A stretch of 64,000 nt of DNA from Podarcis pityusensis (Eukaryota). This document shows, in pieces, positions 26,237-37,027 of the stretch (position 1 is the first letter of the stretch; the number at the start of each line of letters is the position of its first letter). A program made the position numbers and the translations under genes. The notes under the pieces are model-generated. The model did not search any database, was not told the origin of the DNA, and worked only from the letters and a program-made list of their open reading frames with translations. Location of the stretch: assembly GCA_964106645.2 (NCBI GenBank), contig OZ067038.1. One strand, 5' to 3'.

Positions 26237-26274
26237 GTATGAGCTTTCGTGTGCAAGCACACTTCTTCAGATAC
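26237..26274 (-). ncRNA. Minimal type I hammerhead ribozyme motif (copy 2)
   Basis: Same motif on the minus strand with a 4-bp stem I (GTAT/ATAC). Confidence 0.78.
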
Positions 26275-26328
26275 TGTATCTGAAGGTATCTGAAGAAGTG
26301 TGCTTCAGGTATCTGAAGGTATACTTCA

Positions 26329-26368
26329 GGTATCTGAAGAAGTGTGCTTGCACACGAAAGCTCATACC
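26329..26368 (+). ncRNA. Minimal type I hammerhead ribozyme motif (copy 3)
   Basis: GGTATCTGAAGAAGTGTGCTTGCACACGAAAGCTCATACC; predicted cleavage 3' of C26363. Confidence 0.8.
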
Positions 26369-29049
26369 AAGAACTAACTTAGTTGGTCTTAAAGGTGCTA
26401 CTGGAAGGATTTTTTTTATTTTGACTATGGCAGACCAACACGGCTACCTATCCTTCTCTGATAATGTCAGTGATCACAGCAACAAAAAATTACTTTAAAT
26501 GAAAACAAAGATACAGTTACAGATGACCAGCAATAGTAAAACAGGTTATGTATTCTCATTACACTGGAGAATTAGAGTTCCATTTTGGCATACAGGATTT
26601 AATAAAGCGTACTTTTAGATTCATACAAATTTCATCCACCTTGAAGAACGTGGAAATAGCTTTAGAAATCTATTACCTGTTTCAGTATCATTAACAGAAC
26701 TCTTGACTAGTCTTCCAACAAAACAACATTACTTAAATAATGTAACTGAAGTAAGTAGAATACAGTCCAAGTTCTGCTACACAATTATAATTTCATCCAG
26801 ACAGACAAGTTCTGTTCCCTTCTGTTACCTACCTTTGGCTTGGCGGCATCTACCAGCCAATGTAGGCAACTCCCTCCCATCAGACAGGCGCCTCCTCTAT
26901 TGTTTTTTTGGTACCTGTTGAAAACACTTTTCTTTCAACAAGTCTTCGAAGTACTGTAGAGTCTTTTCCCCCAGCTGGTTTGGATTTGAACTGATTTTAT
27001 ATATCCGTTTTTGCTGTTGTTTTAAATTGTTTTGATATACATGGTTAGTTTTCTATACGAAAATGTTTTAGCTGTTCTGTGTATGTTTTTGTTGTCCTGT
27101 AAATTGCTTTGGGATGTCTCAGGAGAAGTGATCATAAATGAAATAAATTAATGAATGAGTAATACAAATTCAGCCAGAAGACCCCACAATGCTAGATAAG
27201 TTTGTGCTCAATCTTTCTCCAAAGATCCAGATCGTGTATATTCAGAGTGAGTAAAGATATGCAACCTCTGTCATTTCCATTGTGATCAACACCCTCACAC
27301 AAACATCTCTCAGGTCTTTAGTGATATACTATACAACTATAAATGCAACCTCCAACCTTATGATGCATTTCACTAGAACACTAGAAAGCCTTTAGTGTGC
27401 ATTTTTCTCCTGCTTTTTCTTTAATGCCGATAGTAAGCTCTAGCATCTCTCTTACATAACTTTCACACGTCACAATCGCCAGGCAAAATTTTAATAATTC
27501 TCTTGATGTTCTACACACCAGGATCTTAACTGAGAGGCTCATATGCACAGACCTTCTGTTCTCTTCTACAAGTACTACTAGACCTAGACCTTTCTCACAT
27601 TACAGAGTTCTCTCTTAGCCAGGATACGAAGCCACCTTCAAATCCCGGAAAAATGGAAACTATGGGAAGCCCTAGCCATGGTAAATCGTGGTGCCAGTGT
27701 AATAATGGATCAGGCCAGGAGGAATAGGGGAGAGGGAATTTGTTTTCAAGATGGGAAGGAGCACACACTCTTATACCCAGCACAATCCTTCAGCCACAAT
27801 TAAGAACAAGCCATATGACATCCTGGCAGATGCATAATATTAATCATAATCAGTACAACCAACGTTTCCCATCTCCTAACTACAGTTAGGAAATCTGAAG
27901 CATTCTCCATCTCCTTTCCCCCACCCCTTCAGATGCAAATTAACACTTACCTGTTCAGAACTATGAAGCAACATTATGCCTCTACTGATATCAGCACTAA
28001 ACCTTTAGTTGTTAAAACCAACCTGCTTCTAACAGTGGTTACAAGCTCTATTTTTGGAATTACCTCCAGTTAGTATTATTATATGCAAGGAAAGAAAAGG
28101 AGAGATCTTAATGAATCTGCAGCCCTCCTCAAATCATTCACTTCATTAATTAAAGGCCAAGCTGCATTTTCACGAGTTTCACTTTAAGGAGGAATGTGCT
28201 TGTTCAGTGAGAGACCTTCAACAGAGCTAAGAAAATCACATGAAGAGTGTTTCTCTGTTTGTCATCTAATTATAGCTTAGACAGAGCTATGTAGTAGTCC
28301 CAGGGCAATCCCTGGACTAACAAAAAGGGCAGAGCTCATGGAAGCTTCCATTCTCCCAACTCTTGGAAGCTGTGCTATCCCAGAGAAAGTAACAGCTTCA
28401 GCAGAACCTCTTAATTTACTCTCAGGAAGCAACCCTCAGAGCCATGATGTAATTAGTAAGAGTTCTGCATTAATCCTACACAAGACTTCAGGTTTCTACC
28501 TAGCATTAAGAAGACAAACTCAGGAATTTCACATCGCCTTTGTTCCAAAGGCCTGGGAGCTTCCCTAAGTCATGCCCCATGAGCTAGCACAGGGGCTGCA
28601 AAGGTCGTAGGAACCTTAGAAGTCAGTCTTTGGGAGCTTCTGAACACGTCCTTCTAGTGTCCATAATTTGGATGAAAAATAGAAGGCAGTTCTAAGGAGA
28701 CAGTTGAAAGCTTCCTGAAAAACAGAGATAATTTCTAACAACAGAAAACTAAACCAAACGTATTACTTCTTTGGCTCAGCTCTGTTTAATTTCCAAATCT
28801 TTTACATTAAGATTGGGCAATGGCTTTTCATTTGCAGCTGCATGCAAGACAAAAACCTGAGAATTATACCAGTCCCAACAGATGTCAAACTCATTATCAC
28901 TTTCCAGTGTGACCACTCAAAGATATGCTAAGTTACAGCTCCAAATAAAAACTGAGGATAGTGTCAACCTGATCATTCTGCCAACGTCAAGCCATATGGA
29001 CACCTCAACATGCTAACATTTTCTTTTAAAAAGTCTTATTTTAAAATGC

Positions 29050-29520
29050 ATTGTTTATTGGTTTTTCCCCTTATCAGCATGAAGAAGGAAAAAGAAAATA
29101 TATCAGCAAAACATGTCCATTCACAAAACCATTTTACAAAATCAGGCATATGTGGAAACCAATAATAAAAAAGAAGAAAGAGGGGAGAGGGAGTCAGAAA
29201 GGAAAGGATAAAGCTCTGACCGAGCTCATACTACATGCATATTGCACCAATAGCTCTAGATGGGATCTAAGAAAAGTTGTGCCCTTTGCACCTCTAGGCA
29301 AAAGCAGCTTTTTCATAAACTGCAAGAGAGGAAAGATTCTCCAACCAACAAGCTATGAGAGGAGCCATCCACTCCTTCCAATGCTGTAAAACCTGTTGGT
29401 TAGCTACCAATAAAGCGTGCAGGATCCAGCTGTGTTGTCTCTCCTTCAAGTTCCAAAACACTAGGATATAATGTGTAACATGAACATACAAAGATTTCAG
29501 AGACATTCTCAGGAGCAAAT
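29050..29520 (-). mobile_element. Possible old L1-clade 3' fragment
   Basis: Minus frame ILHALLVANQQVLQHWKEW resembles the L1 ORF2 C-terminal motif seen at 22550; AATAAA on minus strand at ~29054-29059. Confidence 0.45.
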
Positions 29521-31146
29521 TTATTTGAGATTTACACCCCCAAATAAGCCCCTACAGGGCAAAACCAGGTCATCCTCACCACAAAACTGGCAGGTGCCAG
29601 TGGATATAATGCAGTCACTCACTGAAGATTTCATGCCAAACAGTGGTTAGACTCACTTGTTTGTATATCAAATATTGCAGCATAAAAAACATTATTGTAA
29701 TCACCACTTAAGCAAGGCATAATATTTAACATGGTAAAAGAGCTTCTATATTTTATGTTACATAACATATCTAGCACTACTTACAGTGGCATTAAGCAGT
29801 AACTGCACCTAAGAAATAATACCTTCAGAAGCAGACAATTCTGATAGCATAGAACTATAATACTATGTCCAGGTAAAATACTATCCATACTGAAACAGTT
29901 AAAAGACCTGAAGATAAGCATTTACTATGAAATGTTATGTTCCACCCACATTTATCATTGTTCCATTTATAGCTGCTACCTCTCTGTTACCTCCTTGAAG
30001 ACAACAAAAAACACCCATCACAAATGTGAGGAAAAAAGAAACAGCGCCTATGAAAAGAATCTTCTTATTTCCTTATGATTTAGCATGAATACACCAATAA
30101 TTCATCCTCACTATTAGAAAAAGAAACTACAGCATACTAGTCATGTGAGTCTGTCTACCAATAGAGGCACCTCAGAAGGCATTTTCTGCTTAACAGTCAA
30201 CTAAATCCAATAAGAAAGGGTTTCCTCTTCATGTCCCACTGGGTAAATTAATATATACATGTGCTAAGTTATCCCTAAATCAGTAAGGACAACTCATTTT
30301 ACTGTTCCAAGTTTAGAAACAGTGCATTTGGAACTTTCAGCTCAGTACAAGTTGCATTCAACATGTAAAAAAACAGACCCATAAGCCTAAGAGCTGACCC
30401 CATCTCTGCAACTGCTTTGAACAGGTGTCAAACTTCTTCACTGTAGTCCAGAAAGCATAACTATCTGTAAGGAGAAATGTCTCTACCAAAGTACTCCAAA
30501 CACTAAGCCAGACTCAAGTGTCCACATTCCGTCACTTGAGTTTGTGATTTCTTTTCTGCTTGTCTTGTGACAGAATCCTATGCATGTTGATTTTCACTTG
30601 TCTCCCGCATGGAGCAATTGGTATTCCAAACAAAGTTTGAACACACAGCTGAAGTCCCTAAAGACCTTTAGCGGATTCAAGATAAATGCAGAAGTGAAAT
30701 TATTTTCAGGGCCAGGACCAAACAGCACACTAGTAAAATTTCTTTGATTTTTAGCCCATGACGAATGCACTTCTCTTTATGGCATTGAGTGATCTGCTTT
30801 CTAACATCATAGAGGAGTATCACAGCCTAGAAGCAAGCAGCTGAATACTCACGGGAACTGGAGATACCATATAATTCAGTCCTTTTTTTATAAAAAGAAG
30901 AATTCAGTTCTAAGCAATTATTGTTAAATTGCTGAACAATAAATTTCAACAAGTCTGAAACCACCACCTTGGCTGCACAAATCAGCTGAGCAGTTTCATA
31001 ACAGTGCTTGCTGTGTATGATATGCAACCAGGAGTTTGACTTTCCACCACCACCCATTTCCAAAAATAGGAGATTATGGCTTTTGGCTTAGGTAGGATTA
31101 AATCACATATTTGGCTTTGGCACTACGTAAGGACATAGAAAAATAA

Positions 31147-31149
<3 letters not shown>

Positions 31150-31183
<34 letters not shown>
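31150..31183. repeat. (AT)n microsatellite
   Basis: Direct reading. Confidence 0.95.
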
Positions 31184-31189
<6 letters not shown>

Positions 31190-31705
31190 CAGAGAGCTAG
31201 AGGTCTTGCTAATCAAACTCTTTATACTCTCAGCACTTCAAAATCTGCATTAGTTTACAACTTATTTTTCAAAGAGAGAATTGCTTTACCCATCTGCAGT
31301 ACAGATAATCATTACACCTTGATGTGCAAATGAAGCTCAAGAAACAAACTTGTTTCAGCAATCAACTCCATAATATATGCATGGAAATATGTTTTATTAT
31401 CTGTAAAATGCTTACATAACCTGCTTTACCGCATTACTGTTTGAAGAGAGTCAGGCAACAGAATTAATAACTGAATTTACTCTGTCAGTCAACATACTTT
31501 CATGAGACCAAAATAAATGGAAACTTCCTGAAATGGTTAAGGCAACCCAAACTAAAAGTGGGACTTACATTTTTTAAAATGAACGAGGATAGACTGTGGT
31601 ACAAAGTATACCTCAAAGACAAGTAGATTAATTTTGCTTTGAAAGACTGTACTTATCATTCAGTCATGACAACTGAAATAGTTTCTCTTTAAACTTCCAG
31701 AGATA

Positions 31706-31824
31706 CAGTGGAACCTCGGTTTTCGAATGTCTCAGCTGCCGAACGTTTCGGAAGCCGAACACCGAAAACCTGGAAGTGAATGCTTCCGTTTTCAAATGCG
31801 CCTCGGAAGTCAAATGGCTTCTGC
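31706..31824. mobile_element. Tigger-like MITE, one end only
   Basis: TA+CAGTGGAACCTCGGTTTTCG; aligns to the first ~120 bp of the 12367 element. Confidence 0.8.
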
Positions 31825-33786
31825 GGATATCAGCTCCAGCCAGCATGGCCAATGGGTCTGGAATGAAGGGAGCTGTGGTTCACAACATCTGGAGGCCATC
31901 GTGTTAGCTACCACTGTAAGTGAAAGATTTCAGAACCAATGTAATGATTTTATTTAATGAGCTGTCAAAGTATGACAATCTACTTAATACATTCCATTGT
32001 TAATAATGATATATACTGACTTACAACCAGTAGCATTAGATTTAACTGTTGGTTGCGTAACTTTTGTTATATAACTGAAGCTACTGTATACTTAAGTATA
32101 CAGTATGCTTTTTATACTGCACTTTTAAAAAGGAAATGTAGGTGGCATTTCATCACCCTTTTTTACATTTTAATTGTGGGACTAGGCAGGGCCAGCCCCC
32201 TATTAGCACCATGAGACATCTGTCTTATGCAATGCCTCAGGAGGAGAGGCAGATCAGGCCTCGCAGCCTGCCCACTACAGCCTGCTGCTGCTACTGCTTT
32301 TGCCAGTCAGCCTTCAGAGCTGCTCTGAGTTTTGCTGCCAGCTGCCGTCCCTGCCTTGCAGACCCACTGCTGGTCCACAGGGCTCCCTGCCTGGTGATGG
32401 GTTCCACCTCCTCTCTTCAGGCACCAGGGGCTGTCATTGTCTTCTCCACTGAGATGCCTGGACAACTGCTTCTAGGTGTACCCTGTGGCTGGCGTAGACG
32501 GAGAGGCTCTTGGCAAGGGAAAGAGCACAGGCAGTGCATATTTGTGGGCATCATGTGTGGGAAAGGCAATGGGGTGCTGATTTTGCTTTCATCTCCACCT
32601 TCCCATTTCTTTTTCAACATTAATAGGTGAAAGCGGAAGCAGCTTTTTTAAAATAAGAGGGGGGTGGCAGATGACAGGTGCAGAGATGGGGAGATAAATC
32701 CCCATGATCCGATTCGTGCATAGGTAAAAGAAAGCAAAGAACATAAAATACAAGGTCTCTAATGCAACATCTCCCTTCTTCTTACCTTTGGGCTGAGGGA
32801 GCTTTGGGCAACCAAGAAAGAAAAGTTTGTAGGAGTTTGTTTCCCTGGGAGGGAAGGAAAAGGAAGTCTAATTCAGATAAGTGGCCATATCCTGCTGCTA
32901 GCTTGAGTTCCAGTTTGACAAATGAAATTACTTTTCTTTTTCCCGGGCTAGTTCTTGTTGTGCTTGCCAAATCGTCATTGTCCTCCTCATTCCTCCACAG
33001 CAGGAAATTTCAAACACAGAAATTAATTTATGGCCAAAGGTAGAGTTTCGTTTCATTTCATTTCTCGCTTGCTGGCTTTCTAATACCCCCTTTCCTTGGA
33101 GGGCTGGCTGCTAAACAGGGCAGTCCCATGTAAGTCTACTCAGAAGTATACCCCAGTGAGCAAGTGTGCATAGGATGGCGCTGCACAGCAGCAACTTCTG
33201 TTGGGTTGCCATAGGGTGATTAACTATTTTTTTTGGTGTTTTGGGAAATGAGTAATGATTAGCCTCATGCAGCACCCTCACGTGTTCAAAGTGCTCCACA
33301 CACATTATCTAGGTAATCCTTGCAACAAACTTACAAGGTAGTTCAGTATCCTCATTATATTGCAAGTGGAAATTCCCTAGTAAGGGTGCTCTAAACTGCA
33401 ACCGGACTGAGTTCATCAGAACTGGAGGAATTCTCATTTCACAGCTTCAGTCTCATAGTAACTCATACTTAAAATAAAACTGATTTACACAAACTGTACA
33501 TATTTTTAAACACATAGACAGAAATGTTTTGAAGCAGAGAGTGCAAATGGCGGTCTGTGGGGGGAGGTCCTGCCCAAAAATATTTTCTTATGCAAACATA
33601 AGCTGGTGCAACAAAGGTGACTGGGGCTTGGGTACTATGCACTATGGCTGGTTCTTCTTCTGTGTGTGTGTGTACACTATTTGTTGCTTCACCTCTGAAA
33701 GGAAAATTTTGTGGGCCCAATACTTGGGACAGTAGGGATTCAGTTCTGTTTTTATTTTTGTACAAAATAAAACCCAGCCAGATGGG

Positions 33787-33935
33787 NNNNNNNNNNNNNN
33801 NNNNNNNNNNNNNNNNNNNNNNNNNNNNNNNNNNNNNNNNNNNNNNNNNNNNNNNNNNNNNNNNNNNNNNNNNNNNNNNNNNNNNNNNNNNNNNNNNNNN
33901 NNNNNNNNNNNNNNNNNNNNNNNNNNNNNNNNNNN
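33787..33935. other. Assembly gap (149 N)
   Basis: Run of N; left flank ends in the L2 terminal motif AACCCAGCCAGATGGG. Confidence 0.99.
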
Positions 33936-34171
33936 CTCATCAAACAAGTGAACACAGTGTGGGGTACATAAAATAAAAACAGATTGATTCAACAAAACAG
34001 GAATAAAAAAGGAATAAAGGATTACATAAAAGCACTATAAAACTCACTAACATTATAACTACTCACACTCCAAGGATCAGTGGCCTATCATTTCAAAATC
34101 AACATCATTAAAAGCCTGACTGAAGTAGTAAGCTTTTAGCTGGTGCCATTAGTAAAGAGGAGAGAACATCT

Positions 34172-35265
34172 TAGAATCATAGAATCATAGAGCTGGAAGA
34201 GACCACAAGGGCCATCGAGTCCAACCCCCTGCCAAGCAGGAAACACCATCAGAGCACTCCTGACATATGGTTGTCAAGCCTCTGCTTAAAGACCTCCAAA
34301 GAAGGAGACTCCACCACACTCCTTGGCAGCAAATTCCACTGTCAAACAGCTCTTACTGTCAGGAAGTTCTTCCTAATGTTTAGGTGGAATCTTCTTTCTT
34401 GTAGTTTGGATCCATTGCTCCGTGTCCGCTTCTCTGGAGCAGCAGAAAACAACCTTTCTCCCTCCTCTATGTGACATCCTTTTATATATTTGAACATGGC
34501 CATCATATCACCCCTTAACCTCCTCTTCTCCAGGCTAAACATGCCCAGCTCCCTTAGTCGTTCCTCATAAGGCATCGTTTCCAGGCCTTTGACCATTTTG
34601 GTTGCCCTCCTCTGGACACGTTCCAGTTTGTCAGTGTCCTTCTTGAACTGTGGTGCCCAGAACTGGACACAGCACTCCAGGTGAGGTCTGACCAGAGCAG
34701 AATACAGTGGCACTATTACTTCCCTTGATCTAGATGCTATACTCCTATTGATGCAGCCCAGAATTGCATTGGCTTTTTTAGCTGCCGCGTCACACTGTTG
34801 GCTCATGTCAAGTTTGTGGTCAACCAAGACTCCTAGATCCTTTTCACATGTACTGCTCTCAAGCCAGGTGTCCCCCATCTTGTATTTGTGCCTCTCATTT
34901 TTTTTGCCCAAGTGCAATACTTTACATTTCTCCCTGTTAAAATTCATCTTGTTTGTTTTGGCCCAGTTCTCTAATCTGTCAAGGTCATTTTGAAGTGTGA
35001 TCCTGTCCTCTGGGGTGTTAGCCACCCCTCCCAGTTTGGTGTCATCTGCAAATTTGATCAGGATGCCCTTGAGTCCATCATCCAAGTCGTTGATAAAGAT
35101 GTTGAATAAGACCGGGCCCAAGACAGAACCCTGTGGCACCCCACTAGTCACTCTTCTCCAGGATGAAGAGGAACCATTGATGAGCACCCTTTGGGTTCGG
35201 TCAGTCAGCCAGTTACAAATCCACTGAGTGGTAGCATAGTCAAGACCGCATTTTACCAGCTTCTT
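34172..35265 (-). mobile_element. Young 5'-truncated CR1 LINE (RT C-terminal half and 3' UTR)
   Basis: [49 protein letters not shown]; (ATTCTATG)n tail; one premature TGA at 34342-34344. Confidence 0.97.
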
Positions 35266-36937
35266 TAAAATCTCCATCCCCTCAGTAGCCTGGAAGACTC
35301 ACAACATAGCCTGCTCACGAGCACTTCCATTGGCAAAGAAGCATGCAGAAGAACAAGATTTTCCTAGGGCTGCTAACACTGTTTCCAAACTGTTTTTAAA
35401 TTACTCCATTATGATTTAAATTTGCCACGCAATTTACAATTATTAAAATCAAGTTCCTCTTGCTCGTTGTCACCAATTTTACGACCTTGGTTAGGATTCC
35501 CATACAAACAATTGTTAGCAGGCTGCTAATGTGATGATTTTCCTCTTCTTGGAAAAAATAGCACAGAACAATTTTCTCCCAATCGCAGCAGAGTCAAACA
35601 ATGCATTTGATGTTGGGCTCATCAGGAGGTCTGTGACTCAAAGTGTTGAATTCCCACGGTTTTGCAAAGTGGGATTTCAAAAACAAGAGTTTTAAAAATC
35701 AGTTGCTAAGTGCAAAAAGCAGTGACTTGTTAACTAGGTGTGGGTGTCAGAAAGAGAGGCAGAGACAGAGACACAGAGAGAGTAAGACAAAGGGAGAACT
35801 GCACAGAAACCTTTAAGGTAAAAAATCAAAATCTTCCTATTATGTCAGATGGGGGGGCAGGATCTAGGCTTTGCAGTTTGTGGACTATGGAGAGGAATTG
35901 GCAGCACATGACCTGAAATGTTTTATTTCTGATTATTGTGTGAAGTTTTAGGAGTTGTTTTTAAGAATATGTTCTGGTGCTTATGTATTTTTATTGTACT
36001 TAGCTTTATAAGCCAGCTCATGTGGTCATTTTTTCAGAGTGATTAGCAGCAGAAAAATAATATAATTCCATTACTTGTTTTTAAAAGGGTGGCAACATAT
36101 TGCCCTGTAAATTCAGCCTGAGCCCCTTGTAATATTTTTGTAGCTAGTAATTATATTGCTCCTGCAGGTCACTTAAACCAAATGTGTAGCCACATGAATT
36201 TCAGCAGTGCATGAATTTCAGCAGTGCACAGTGGTTGAGTGGCCATAAAAAGTAAATTGCTGCCCACCTTCAGAGCAGCAAAATATATTCAAAAACACAA
36301 ATGGAATTCCCTACTCTCTACCAACTCTCCTGAACTCACTGAGAAAAAGTGAGTGTTGAGGGAATATTTTGTTCTCCAATTCCCACACCCCAACAACAGC
36401 TACTTGAGCTTGAATAAACACGACAATCATATTCATGTTACCTAACATAAAATTATGACTAGGCTTTCTAGTATAAACTTTACAGAGATGTCACTAAAAT
36501 GAAAGTTCCTCAGTCTATGTTAAATATATGATCTTCAAAAATGCTTGCCTATTTGAACCCCTGAATACTAAAAAGCATCTGCTCAAGCCAACAAACTTAA
36601 GTGGACATACCTTCCATGTCTCTTGATTTTTAAAAAAGTTTTAAGTTAGGCCTTCAGTCAGCCTCCATGGAAATGCACTGACTACTTGTGCATTTTCTAG
36701 TCCTAGCTGTCGAACCGTGCAAATTCTCAACAAGTTAATCAAATCAGCATCACTTTTCAATAACGTCAATAACTGTTAAGCAGCAGTAGCAGGATGGGTT
36801 CTGGCTGGGAGGTGGATACTAACCTTAGCCTCCCCAGACCTTTTCTGTTGCATGGTACCTGGTGAATGGCAACCTACTGAAGCAGCCAGAAAGCCTGGCT
36901 AGCTCCCCCACTAAGGGCTTTTGGGAGGCAAAGGGTC

Positions 36938-37027
36938 CATAGCTGTCAACTTTTCCCTTTTCTTGCGAGGAATCCTGTTCAGAATAAGGGAATTTCCCTT
37001 TAAAAAAGGGGAACGTAGACAGCTATG
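36938..37027. mobile_element. 90-bp hAT-type MITE
   Basis: TIRs CATAGCTGTCAAC / GTAGACAGCTATG; exact 8-bp TSD AAAGGGTC. Confidence 0.9.

Larger units (their letters stand above)
26015..26453. mobile_element. Penelope-like element 3'/pLTR remnants: three segments (two minus, one plus) in one insertion
   Basis: Repeated ~90-125-bp unit containing a hammerhead motif; perfect 123-bp inverted repeat 26152-26274/26330-26452; flanking direct repeat TTCTCTGATAAT (26003-26014, 26454-26465). Confidence 0.85.

Noticed and set aside
32142-32630. 162-aa plus-strand ORF
   Set aside because: GTG start, no recognisable domain or splice structure; locally GC-rich, probably a TE remnant
33617-33995. ORFs spanning the N run
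   Set aside because: Artefacts of the assembly gap
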